Shown: positions 12,727 to 25,047, counted from the first letter of the stretch. The stretch: DNA of 64,000 nt from Octopus vulgaris (GCA_951406725.2 OX597822.1:88474001-88538000); one strand, 5' to 3'. A program made the numbers and translations. Notes: generated from the sequence alone by a model not told the origin.

Positions 12727-13649
12727 CTGCAAAATAATGAATCTGTTTTTATCTTTTTATTTGCTTCAGTCATTAGACTGTGGCCATGCTGGGGTACAGT
12801 CTTATTTTTTAGTCAAATGAATCAACCTCGGGACTTTTTTTTTTATTAAGTCTGGTACTACTTATTCTATTGGTCTCTTTTGCAGAACTTTTAATTTATG
12901 GGAGCATAAACACAACAGCACCGCATGTCAAGTGGTGATGGGGGACAAACACACATACAAAGACACACACACACACAACACATATATATATATGTATATG
13001 ATGGGCTTCTTTCAGTTTCTGTCTACCAAATCCACTCACAAGGATTTGGTTGGCCTGTGGCTATAATAGAAGACACTTGCCCAAGGTACCATGCAGTGGA
13101 ACAGAACCTGGAACCACATAGTTGGGAAGCAAGCTTCCTACCACACAGCCATGCCTGCACCTTATATTTTAAGAAAGCAAAAAATGGCAATGACCGGTTG
13201 GCTTCCTTTTGATGTGGTCATGTATAATAATCTTTCTGACCAGGAAATGGCAGGAACTGCAGATCACCAGACAAAATGTTTTATAATATTTAGTTTTCTT
13301 TTTCTTATAATCTGATTTCAAATTCTATTTGTCACAATCTCATTCAAAGCATTGTTTTTGTTGCTTAGATCCAGATAACCACTTCTGTTCAACACAATTA
13401 TACTTATAATTAAAGGTAACCTAGACAGGGCTGCTTTAAGAAAAATATAGGCCACTGCTCCCTTGACAAATTAATGTACTGAGGTCTCTACATACACAAT
13501 GACATCTTGCATAGATAACATTGAGTTCCCAGATACACAGGGCTCCTGGACAACTACCTGATGTACCTACGCCTGTTCCAAACATGACCGTATGTTTTTC
13601 TTTTAGTTATAGTATGACTAGGATTATATTATCAAATGTGTTAACTTAC

Positions 13650-13813
13650 CATTACAACAAAATTCTCCTGGATAGGTCCCAGGGCATAAAAGGATTCTGG
13701 TTCATCATTATGTCGATCATAATGTACAATAGTTCCAGCAACTGCAAACTTACGTGGCCAATCTATAGTCCACCCACCATTGATATAATAGACACTGCCC
13801 TCATTCTTTAGTG
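13650..13813 (-). CDS. ADAMTS6: ADAMTS exon: spacer ([23 protein letters not shown]...[12 protein letters not shown])
   Basis: tgacag/gtaagt; 164 nt; phase 1 to 0. Confidence 0.95.
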
Positions 13814-13947
13814 CTGTCAATGAGAAAATCAACAATTATTTATGGTCTAAGCTACTGGTATTTGTTCAGAATTACACTGATTGTCAATATAAAACAAAGC
13901 CATATAATAGGTTATCTCTACTACTAGTTGTATACAGTCCATACTGT

Positions 13948-13978
<31 letters not shown>

Positions 13979-14109
13979 TGGTATCCATATAAGACCCAAG
14001 GTGGCAGGTAATGCTATGTATATGTAAGTGCTTTGGAAGGACCATAGTTAGACTCTCGGTTCGATAGTGATACAAGTAAGGAGTCTAATGCGGATTTTGT
14101 ATGAGCATG

Positions 14110-15293
14110 TATATGTTAAATAAAATGAAACAATGAAGTCAAGGCTGTGTGGAATTTTCAGGACATTTATATAGAGAAAGATAGTCTTACAGCTGTTTCT
14201 GGGATACTAGGGATATCGCTTCATCAGAGACGATGTGAGATGGTTAAATAGAGGGAAATATTAGAGTTCAATATAAGGAGTTATTTTTGAAAAGGATGGA
14301 AATGAGGAGTATAGAGGGAAATAGGAGAATGAATGTAGAAATAAAAATATATAAAGATGTTATAGTTGCAGTTCCATTATCTAAGGAAAGTGGTGTGTAG
14401 AAATGGTAGAAATGTTTCTTGTCCATGGTATGTAAATTCCGATAGGAGTTTATATTTTGTAATAACAAAAGGAAAGTGTGGAGACATAGATTCCATGTGC
14501 TGTCATTCAAAGGAGTCTTGTGGTGTGAATGAAAATTTGAGAATGTAGTGGTAGTATTAAGTGGATAAAGAGGGGAGAAGATATGTGCATGTTAAAATGA
14601 GGAGATGGTCAAAAGGAAATGGTGGAAAAGAAGAAGGAAAGAAAGAGGAAGAGAAAATGAAAACCAGAAGAGAAAATGAGGAAAAAATGAAGAAGTGAAA
14701 GAAAGTGAAAAAAGGTGTGTTAGTTGGTGGTCAAAATATTATGAGGGGGATGGAGGAGGGGTAGGGGAAGGATAGGAAGAGATGAGAATGTGAGGAATGA
14801 TTATGTGTAAAGAGTACGAAGGTGGGGGTGATATGTTACAATGACATTAAGGGATGAGTACAGAAAAGGGTATAGGGGTGGTTTCTAAAGTGAATAATAA
14901 ACCTCAAAATGGCAGGGAAGACTGCTAAGATATAATGGTCAAGTTTCTATAAATAGACATATGTGTATATTGTACTGGCTAATGTGATAGTATGAGTAGA
15001 GGAATCAGAGAGAAAGAAAGAAAGAAAGAAGTGTATATTGATATACACATGCACACATGTACATATATGTGTGTGTATATGCACTATTATATAGGCCTGC
15101 ATACCTGTATACTTAAACCCATACATATATGCATGTCCATATTTGAACCATTTTTCTATTGTTAATTCTTGTAGTCATAGTTTGTAGTAGTATTATGTAT
15201 ATAAGTAACAGCTGTAAGACTATTTTTCTCTATATAAATGTCCTGAAAATTCCACACAGCCTTGGCTTCATTGTCTCATTTTATTTAACATAT
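14110..15293 (-). mobile_element. Penelope-like terminus with hammerhead motif and an inverted partial copy
   Basis: 14110-14197 is the reverse complement of 15207-15293; hammerhead core at 14184-14231. Confidence 0.7.
14184..14231 (-). ncRNA. Type I hammerhead ribozyme-like motif
   Basis: GUCU CUGAUGA a GCGAUA-loop-UAUCCC a GAAAC AGCU GUA AGAC: stem I GUCU/AGAC, palindromic stem III ACAGCUGU, one C-C mismatch in stem II. Confidence 0.65.
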
Positions 15294-15829
15294 ATATATA
15301 TATATATATGTGCGCGTGTGTGTGAAGGCACATGGCTAAGTAGTTAGGTTGTTGAACTCATGATCACTAGATCATAGCTTCAATTCCCTGATTGAGTGGT
15401 GTGTTATGTTCTTGAGCAAAACACTTCATTTCAAATTACTCCATTTCAATCAGAGGGGAATGTTGACCTGCTTGCCTAGCTACATCGGTAGTGTCATTTG
15501 AAGGCTAAAACAATGCAAAAGTATATTGTGACAAGCGATGTGTAACAACATCTGATAGCCTGGTCGGTCACATGATCACATGATTTATATACATAGACTA
15601 CATAGGCACCATATAAAGAGCACCTGTTCCACACCATGAAAAAAGTATCTGTGCCAGCACTATGTAAAAGGCACCCATGATAGTGCAATGTCAGAAAGCA
15701 CCCACGCTTGCACCACATGGAAAGCACCCTATATACACTCTGTAAAGTGGTTGGTATTAGGAATGGCATCCAGCTATAGAAACCATGCCAAAACAGACAA
15801 ATGGAGCCTGATGAAAGATACTCCTCCAA

Positions 15830-16100
15830 TACTCGTCCACAAAATTCATATTTTTTCCATCCAAATTATTTTGAAGACTGCAGAATAAATGATAATCAGA
15901 TGGGATAATGTCTGGCGAATATGGTGAGTGGGGCCTCATTTCCCATTCAAACTGCTCCAGCCTTTGGAATGTCATCTTCACTGTATGTGGCTGAGCATTT
16001 TCCTGATGGAAGAACACTTTCCGTCTTGAAACCAAAGATGGTCGTTTTTCTTCTAGCACTCACTTATGCCACTCAAGCTGCTTGCAGTAGATCTGCTTTG
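15830..16100 (-). mobile_element. Mariner transposase fragment
   Basis: FHQENAQPH...PHSPYSPDIIPSDYHLF (YSPDLAPxD motif). Confidence 0.85.
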
Positions 16101-17497
16101 TTATCATTTGGTTTGCTTTGCCAGCTCCTGTTAAATTGTCTAACCCATGCCAGCAGGAAAAACAAACGTTAACTGATGATGATGGTGATGATGATGCTTC
16201 TCTCATGCTTGTGGTACTCAGACCACCCTGTTAGAGACATGGACAGTATATTTAGTGCTGGTAGTGACCAGTTCACATAGCATGACAACACAGAAACAAA
16301 ATTGGTTTTCTCTGTTGGTGTGTGTGAGTCAGACGTAAAAGGCCCAATAAATGAGAAATGTGACACTGTGAAACCTGTCCTATCCTTGCTAGCCTTGAAA
16401 AATGGGTATAAAATGATAATGATGATGGTGATGATGATGATGAAAGGGTGGAGGAGGACAAGGACAGGGATGACAATGATGAGGATGAGAAGGAGGATGC
16501 GGAAAAGGAGGAGGAGGAGGAGGGAGTTATGGTTTTACATCTTGAGGATCCTCCTGCAGCATCTCAATGAAAATTTGGTTTTATATTAAACTTCAACAAT
16601 AATTTAATAGACACTGGGCCTCACTGAGGACATGACAGGGGACCTTGAGATGTGCCAATTTGCTGTACTTGACAAGATATATCAAGCTAAATAAAATCAC
16701 TGTTTTCCACACATACAGGCTCGTCCTTTCAGGTGCTGGTACCACTTAAAAGGCACCCATACCAGTGCGGCATAAAAGCACCCATGCTCGTGGCACATAA
16801 AAAGCACCCAGCACATTCTGTTAAGTGATTGGCATTAGGAAGGGGATCCAGCCATAGAAACCATGCCTCAATAGACTGTTGGAATCTGGACAACTCCCTG
16901 CTAGCTAACTCCATGTCAAACCTATTTCTTTACTACCCTCAAGGGGTTAAACACAGAGAGGACAAACAAGGACAGACAAACGGATTAAGTCGATTACATC
17001 GACCCCAGTGCATAACTGGTACTTAAGGTGGAGAGCTGGCAGAAATGTTAGCACATCAGGCGAAATGCTTAGCGGTATTTTGTCTGCCATTACGTTGTGA
17101 GTTCAAATTCCGCCGAGGTCGACTTTACCTTTCATCCTTTCAGGGTCGATAAATTAAGTACCAGTTACGCACTGGGGTCGATGTAATCGACTTAATACCT
17201 GTGTCTGTCCTTGTTTGTCCCCTCTATGTTTAGCCCCTTCTGGGTAATAAAGAAATAGGTACTTAATTTATCAATCCCGAAAGGATGAAAGGCAAAATCA
17301 ACCTTGGCGTGCTAACGTTTCTGCCAGCTCGCCGCCTTCAATGTCAAACCATCCAACCCATGCCAGTATGGAGGGCAGATGTTAAACGATGATGATGATG
17401 ATGATGACGACGATGTTATTTTATGATAACACACAAGTAATGTGATCAAGGCCAGCATTGATAACTTATTGTAGGTAGGTACCTTAGATAGACTTAC

Positions 17498-17578
17498 CTA
17501 GATAATTCTTGCTTTCAGCTTTCTCAGCAATTCTTATATTCATAGCACCTCTTGGAATTCTTACAACTTCATGGTAAT
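17498..17578 (-). CDS. ADAMTS6: ADAMTS exon: spacer (DYHEVVRIPRGAMNIRIAEKAESKNYL)
   Basis: tccaag/gtaagt; 81 nt; phase 1 to 1. Confidence 0.92.
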
Positions 17579-18468
17579 CTTGGAGAAAAAAATTTATATA
17601 AGAACAAAATCTTAGCTGGAAAATTTACATGACAGTTGACATTTTAAATATTCAACAGCTGTTATAATTATCTACGTGAAGGTGCATGGTTAGGGATGCT
17701 GCCCTGACAATTTCAAGATTATGGTTTTGGCTCCCAGACCAGTGATGTATTGGTGTTCTTGAGCAAAATACTTCATTTCATATTACACCAGTCCGCTCAG
17801 CTGTAAATGGGTAACCCTGCAATAGATTGGCATCCCATTCAGGAGGAATGTTAACCTACCCACACACCCTACCCACCAGCCAGCAGAGTGGCAATATTTG
17901 AAAGATGCAGCAGTGTAAAGAATCGCATTGTGATCGGTGGTGTATAACATGTGATAGTTTGGTTGGTGGAGCAATAATTATTTACATTTATTGTTCTGGA
18001 GAAAAGAGTCATGTTAAGTCCCTTTCAAGATTTATATTGCACTTCAATAGTTATCTTCAACTTACAATACATAAGAAGAATGTGTTTAGAATTCTATACT
18101 ATCATGACATCAGATGTTAAATTAGCACCAAAAAATAAGATTTCCATAATTTCGCATCTCCATAAAACAGGATATCAACCCCTTTGGATACCAACTTGCC
18201 TGAAACTGCCGACAATTCAACAATACAAATTTCTGTGTTAAAGTGATCTCAATTAAAACCTTTCACCAAAATTCCATGTTAATCTACATTCCAAACACAC
18301 GTTTAATAATGTTAAAGTTATTTCTCTTCATTGTTTTGTTTTTTTTTAAAATTAATTGAAATATAACAAAAGTGGTAAAATAACCAAGGTAGATTGAATA
18401 CATCGCCTAAGGATTTTTTCACAACTTTCATAACAGGTTTACTCTTATTATTCCACCAAAGTTTAATA

Positions 18469-18720
18469 GGCGCAGGAGTGGCTGTGTGGTAAGTAGCTTG
18501 CTTACCAACCACATGGTTCTGAGTTCAGTCCCACTGCATGGCACCTTGGGCAAGTGTCTTCTACTATAGCCTCGGGCCAACCAAAGCCTTGTGAGTGGAT
18601 TTGGTAGACGGGAACTGAAAACAGCCCGTTGTATATATGTATATATATGTGTGTGTGTGTTTATGTATTTGTGTTTGTCCCCCCAACATCGTTTGACAAC
18701 CGATGGTGGTGTGTGCACGA
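18469..18720 (+). mobile_element. tRNA-derived SINE (family B)
   Basis: ggcgcaggagtggctgtgtggtaag...gttcagtccc...ttgggcaagtgtcttctactatagcc; copies at ~12760-13160(-), 36640-37015(-), 39540-40195(-), 43805-44230(+). Confidence 0.75.
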
Positions 18721-19024
18721 TTGCACCTAGGAAGTGACCCTCCAAAGCACAAGTTCAGGTAAGGTTGTTTATGGAAGACCAGCAGTCACACATGCATACC
18801 AGCCTTCCTTCTCCATGCCACCGATGTTATCTAAAGGGAAAGCAAAGGCCCGATACAGCTTCACACTAGTTATGGTGCAACTCATTTCTACAGCTAAATG
18901 TACTGAAGCAATGTAAAATAAAGTATCTTGCTCAAGAACACAACACATGGCCCAGTCCAGGAATCAAACTCACTACCTCATGATTGTGAGCCCAACACTA
19001 ATCACTGAGCCGTGTGTGTGTTTA

Positions 19025-19102
<78 letters not shown>

Positions 19103-19311
19103 TGTGTTTGTGTGTGTGTGTGTCAAGTATGGGTGTGTGGTTAAGTCATTTGATTCACAAACCCTGTTGTAAGATACTGGTTGTTGTCTGGCATTATACT
19201 GTGATAACTACAAAGATAAATGCAAATGTAAAATGACATAACTGTTACTTAATTCACAGAATATATTGCTGATTAAAAAAAAAAGAACTACATGCAAAGT
19301 GACTGTCTTAC

Positions 19312-19435
19312 CTCCCTGAGTTAAGATTTGATCAAAAGTACCAGATATGGTTTTACATGTAGATCCATCTCCACCACATACTCGGCATTTATCTTCCTTT
19401 GCAGCAGATCCAAGAACATGATCACAGCCAACATT
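19312..19435 (-). CDS. ADAMTS6: ADAMTS exon ([27 protein letters not shown]...LTQG)
   Basis: tggtag/gtaaga; 124 nt; phase 0 to 1. Confidence 0.94.
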
Positions 19436-19514
19436 CTACCAAAGCAACATACAAAATATCGATAACAGTTACAAAGCTTCAAATTCAAGGGAAGTGTATA
19501 ATTGATGACATTAA

Positions 19515-19734
19515 CCCTTTTGTTACCAACCTGGCTGAAACTGGCTCTGGCTCTCAGTACGAGTGTTATGTTTTCATAAGTTCTGAATTAAAATCTTCCA
19601 CCAGACCTTGGTCACAATTATGTTCTTAACACTAGCTTCATGATAACTAAGTTATTATTTTACTAAATCCTTTGTTATATTTAAAGTAATTGAAAGAAAC
19701 ACAGCATCTCAAAATAAATACTGTAACGAAAGGG
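19515..19734. mobile_element. TTAA-flanked MITE (piggyBac/Kolobok-type ends)
   Basis: TTAA-cccttttgttac...gtaacgaaaggg-TTAA; related copies at ~9880-10080, 18175-18380, 46707-47095. Confidence 0.75.
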
Positions 19735-19927
19735 TTAATCTCAGATTTGGCTGGTAACTTAATCATATTGACCAAGGAAGAGTGTAAAGCAAAGTTGACC
19801 GTGGCAGATTTTGAACTCAGAATGTAAAGCCACATAAATACAAACTACAAGGCATTATACTATCAATTTTACTAAATTGCCCCCAAGCAATGTATGATAG
19901 TAAATATTAGTAAGACATGCTTGAAGT

Positions 19928-19976
<49 letters not shown>

Positions 19977-20218
19977 ACCTTAAACTCATTTTCATTTAGG
20001 AAACAAAAATCTTTTGATATATTTTCCCCCCTGACAAGAATAAATATTTTATCTTCTTAAAAGAATATACAAACTAAATTTAAATTAAATACATTATTAT
20101 CTAAAAAGGATATATAAATTAATCTTTATTTTTTTGAAACAGTGGATCTCAAAGTACATAAAGCAATAAATTAAATGTTTAAATATTAGTACAGTTCTAT
20201 ATTTAAGAGATGAGGAAT

Positions 20219-20375
20219 TATTCACATTATTTACATTTGATGGATATTTGTCCTCATCTTGTTTGTTGCTAACACAATGTTTCAGCTGATATACCTTCCA
20301 GCCTTCATCAGGTGTCTTGGGGAAATTTTGAACCTGCGTTCTCATTCCTAAGGTATTTTTCAATGTTGTTGTTAC

Positions 20376-20422
<47 letters not shown>

Positions 20423-20750
20423 CGGTCACTGCCTGGAAACGAACACGGAATCTTGGGGTTAGTAGCCCGTGCTCTTAACCACTATGCTATATGCCCATGG
20501 GTATATGTTGCAGTGTTTAAGAGCGTGGGCTACTAACTCCAAGATTTCAAGTTCGATTCCAGGCAGTGACCTGAATAATAATAATAATAATAATAACAAT
20601 AACAACATTGAAAAATACCTTAGGGATGAGAACCCAGGTTTGAAATTTCCCCAAGACACCTGATGAAGGCTGGAAGGTATATCAGCCGAAACATTATGTT
20701 AACAACAAACTAGATGTGGACAAATATCTGTCAAATGTAAATAATGTAAA
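20219..20750. mobile_element. Head-to-head palindrome of two tRNA-head/(AAT)n/hammerhead units
   Basis: Centre ccc-at-ggg at 20494-20501; arms are reverse complements over ~250-280 nt; hammerhead cores at 20655-20700(+) and 20271-20316(-). Confidence 0.85.
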
Positions 20751-21148
20751 CAATGTAAATAAGGTGTAAATATTAGGTTGAAAAGTGTTGGACTTTATCT
20801 AAAAGGGTTTCTCAACCCAATACTTGCATACTATCATTTATGGTCTCAATGTTCCCCCACAAAAAAAAAGTATTATTTCATGTTCTCTTGAAAGTTTATA
20901 AAATTCTTAAAATGTTAACATATAAAATAAAATTTAAATTAAGTATATTATCATCTAAAAAGAATATATGCATTAAATTTGACCCTAAAAGAAATATCAA
21001 AAATATATAAACTAAATTTTAATATATCAACTGTGACCAGCAACATTTCTTTAAAATTTGGGGGTTTTTTTTTCACTTTCAAAATGTATTTGTTAGATTG
21101 AAATTTTCTTTGGGAAACTTTACATAGATATTATATATACAAACTTAC

Positions 21149-21282
21149 CCAGCATTCCCCATTGATGCAAATATCAAGTTTGTCTGGGAAACACCTAGTA
21201 CCATCAATGACCTTTGGTGCACGTTCAGTGTAAAAGTTATATCCATTTGCTAAGCAGTTTAGTGCACATGGTTTCACATGAG
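21149..21282 (-). CDS. ADAMTS6: ADAMTS exon: Cys-rich ([30 protein letters not shown]...ICINGECW)
   Basis: ttgcag/gtaagt; 134 nt; phase 1 to 0. Confidence 0.95.
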
Positions 21283-22770
21283 CTGCAATGTAAAGAAGAA
21301 AAACCATCAATATAACTTTTCACTTTCACTTTACATCTAACACTATGCTAACCTGGAATGGTACAAGGGTTTTTTCATTAAATATTAGGAGTTATTTTCA
21401 AGTGTATCATTTTAAAAATAAATCAAGGAACATTTTCTAAATACATTGATAAATGAAATAGTTTACATGAGAACACTCAATCATCATCATCATCATCGTT
21501 TAACGTCCGTTTTCCATGCTAGCATGGGTTGGACGAATTTGACTGAGGGCTGGCGAACCAGATGGCTGCACCAGGCTCCAATCTTGATTTGGCAGAGTTT
21601 CTACAGCTGGATGCCCTTCTTAATGCCAACCACTCCGAGAGTGTAGTGGGTGCTTTTTACATGCCACCGGCATGGGGGCCAGTCAGGCAGTACTGGCAAT
21701 GACCTTGCTCAAATCTTTTTACACATACCACCAGCACAGGTGCCAGTAAGGCGACGTTGGTAACGATCACACTCTAACGGTGCCCTTTTACGTGCCACCG
21801 ACATGGAAGCCAGTTCGCTGCTCTGGCAACGATCACGCTCAGATGGTGCTCTGCCACGGGCACAAGTGCCAGTAAGGTGATGCTGGTAACGATCACACTC
21901 GAATGGTGCCTTTTATGTGCCACTGGCATGGAAGCCGGTTCGCCGCTCTGTCAACAATCACGCTCATATGGTACTCTTTTCCAAATTGAAAAAACTTTTT
22001 AATTCCTGACTTATGAACACCATCATCCAGCATAAGCTCCAGCATATCCTGCCTGTGATTCCACTGTATTTCTTGTGTATCCACACTTTAAACAGTGCAC
22101 ACAGTATGGAATATCTCTCTACTCATTTTATGACTACTGGACTTTGCCATTTCTCTGATGATAGCAGAGCCCTGTGATTATTTTGATTGCTTCATCAATA
22201 TAACCTATCACTTTACATCTAACACTGAGCTAACCTGGTTAGGGTACAAGAGTTTTTTCATTAAATATTAGGAGCCAATTTCCAAGTGTGATCCCAAGAA
22301 AAATTTCATTTATGTATGTGAGCGTGTGTGTGCATATACACTCATAGACACACATACACATGTATATTTAGTTCCATACTGAAGTCATATTATAAATGAC
22401 CACCTAATATTACACTTCTTATAAACCCAACAGTTAGCAGTAATCACAGATCCTGTTCTAATCCAAATTTAAACATAAATCCTCAACTAAATTTCCTCTC
22501 TTCTTTTTTTCTGTTTCTAGATTCTTTTGACTGTGATAAAAGTGTGATTTGAGAGAGATGTAACTGTTGTTTATAGCAGATCAAGCTATTAACTCATCTT
22601 ATCCTATCTTATTAGTTTCATTATTAATTTTCTTGAAGAATTTTCTCCAGTATAACCTAAAGGCCACAGTAAAATTTTGATGGTGTTTTGGTAGAAATGT
22701 TTTATAAATCTTGTGGTCAAATACCAAGTGAAAGTTACATTAAAAATTAAATAAGAAACACAGAACTTAC

Positions 22771-22873
22771 AGCCTGTAAATGGCTTCCATGTGTAGTAAC
22801 GACCACGGAAAGGTACATTGTTGTAAGAGGTACACTGGATTTCTCGAAAATCTGTTTCACCAGCAGGGCAATC
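22771..22873 (-). CDS. ADAMTS6: ADAMTS exon: Cys-rich (DCPAGETDFREIQC...PFRGRYYTWKPFTG)
   Basis: ttacag/gtaagt; 103 nt; phase 0 to 1. Confidence 0.94.
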
Positions 22874-23261
22874 CTGTAAATTAAATCAATGTAAATATTA
22901 AATGAAAAATATCAATCTTCAAATGCCAATCACCATACATTATGCTCATTCATGTTCACCATTCACTGCATTCATTTCTGTCCTCATCTCTACCATCTGT
23001 CACTCTCCTTTCACACTCTCACACGCCTGCCTACCCAGCTATCCTTGATCTTCTGTTTCCATTTTCTTTTTCTTCACTTCCTTGTACTTTGAGGGTTTCA
23101 CCTTTTCCCTGTATCTTGTCAGTTCTTTATCCCTTTCTTGCTGGAGTGGCCATGTATTGCCTCTATGGTGAGACACCTGTAGTCTTATAACAGGTGTTGA
23201 GGGGCTAAAGTGTGATAGACTGACAGGCACAAGTGTCTTGCTAGAGAGAAGATACATGGCT

Positions 23262-23520
23262 ACAAGGAGGTACCCAAAAGAAACCGGTATTTTGAATATT
23301 TTTCTATTCTTAGTTTTACATGTTTACTCTTTTATCACCTTCAAAGTATTCTCCATTTGAAGCAATGCATCAGTCCAGCTGTGTTTTCTACTGTTATAAG
23401 CATTACTGGAATTCTTGCAAGGTGATGCCTTTTAATGCCTCTGTCGTTTTTCTCTTCACCTCTTCCACATCTGCAAATTCCATAGCACCAGCTTTTGTCA
23501 CTAGTGATGACCTTCACATG
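23262..23520 (-). mobile_element. Mariner remnant
   Basis: Minus strand CIASNGEYFEGDK (mariner C-terminus) and VITSDKSWCY (degenerate VTGDExW). Confidence 0.6.
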
Positions 23521-23751
23521 CCACCTTTGACTTTTTTTTTCCAAAAGGCTTTTTAACCCAATATTCTACATGCTATTGTTAGGGTCTTTGTCTGCTTTGA
23601 GATTTACTGTGCCTCCCTGCTCCCCCACCCCCACCAAAAAAAAATAATCAAAGAATTACTTATAATCTGATTGGATGATGATTTAAGGTGAACAGAAGTC
23701 GTTGGTAATAATAATAATAAATATTGAGAAAATTAAGGAAGTGCAACTTAC

Positions 23752-23815
23752 ATGTGTGTTACAAGAACGGTACTTCTTCCTTCTTCCAATACAATATCTC
23801 CCGCCATGTTTGGGT
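23752..23815 (-). CDS. ADAMTS6: ADAMTS exon (PKHGGRYCIGRRKKYRSCNTH)
   Basis: acacag/gtaagt; 64 nt; phase 2 to 0. Confidence 0.94.
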
Positions 23816-23904
23816 CTGTGTAAAGAGAGCAAGAAATTAATAGTTGTTAATGTGTTGCTAATGTTTTGAGAGTAAAAAAAAATTAACTTACATACGTACA
23901 TACA

Positions 23905-24347
23905 TACATACATGATGGCTGCCCCCTCGTTATCAAGCATGGCCATTGCACGAATCTTAACTGTTACTGGTGCTGTGATCGAATGTGACTTTTTAGCCCA
24001 GCTAAAGATCTACAATGTCTTGTACAGAATTGGCAACTAAAACCTTTACCGGTAATAGCCGGTTGTAGTTGTAACTGGGCTTCATGTACCTTTGCATGTC
24101 GTTTAAGTCCTCCTGCCGAATTACACTCTCTTCCATATGCCCAACAGATATGATTAGTATGGTGTGTTACACCAATACCAGTGGCCAGGTTATCACTCAT
24201 CTGTCTCGCTTTATGACTACGAAGATGACTCTTGAGTCCAGCTTTACTGAGGCAGAGTCTTGCACAAACACTGCATGTCAGCATCATAGGAAGACCCTTC
24301 CTATGACATCCCTCCTTACTTTCTCATGTGCAACTCGAGATTTCTCA
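23905..24347 (-). mobile_element. 3' end of an RTE-clade LINE with three C2H2-like fingers
   Basis: CxxCxRxCxSxxGLxSHxRxH three times, stop, short UTR, (TATG)n tail. Confidence 0.7.
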
Positions 24348-24433
24348 TACATACATACATACATACATACATACATACATACATACATACATACATACAT
24401 ACATACATACATACATACATACATACATACATA

Positions 24434-24995
24434 GGAATACTGGTGGAATGTACCAGTGAAGACCCCAATAAAATGTAAGCACAACAGACCCGATATAATG
24501 ATATGGGATAGAGAAGAGAAATTGCATAGTTGTAGAAATTAGCTACCTAGTGGATGTTAGAATAAAGCTGAAGATCAATGAAAAAGGGAACACCTATGCT
24601 GAACTATTGAGAAATCTGCAGTTACTCTATTCAGGTTTATACCTGTAATTATTGGAACCCTGGGATATGTAATACACTGCCTAAATACCAATCTTGAGAA
24701 ATTAGGCTTCTCAAAACCAGAAAGGAGAAAGCTAATTCGAAGGCTACAGATCCAATCCATCACTGGAACTGTAAAACTTTCCAGAAATTTATCATTTAAA
24801 TATATATGAGCATGTCTAGATATGTAACTATATGCATGAGAATACATACATAAAACATACAAATTTTCAATACATACATATACATACATACAAACAAAAG
24901 TACCCTGTTGTTGATGTTGAAATTCCAATGAAGGAGCCTTGGATCTAGGTTAGAAACTAGTTCTTTCTCTATCGACAAGAAATCTTGAAATAAAC
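24434..24995 (+). mobile_element. R4/Dong-like (restriction-like endonuclease) LINE 3' fragment within (TACA)n
   Basis: EYWWNVPVKT..KHNRPDIMIWDREE..VVEIS..EKGNTY..IPVIIGTLG (PD..E..K RLE pattern); frameshifted. Confidence 0.75.
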
Positions 24996-25013
24996 TGAAT
25001 AATGACATACATG

Positions 25014-25047
<34 letters not shown>

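Noticed and set aside
17478-17497. Second donor 15 nt downstream of exon 17498-17578
   Set aside because: Using it would add an in-frame TAA, and the consensus is weak.
20499-20573. Functional tRNA gene
   Set aside because: A/B boxes are present, but the acceptor stem does not pair and the sequence continues into repeat body; treated as a SINE-type head. The same applies to the other tRNA-like heads.
21640-21975. CRISPR-like regularly spaced repeats (gtgccaccggcac units)
   Set aside because: The intervening sequences are themselves repeated, they belong to a dispersed eukaryotic retro-repeat, and there are no cas genes.
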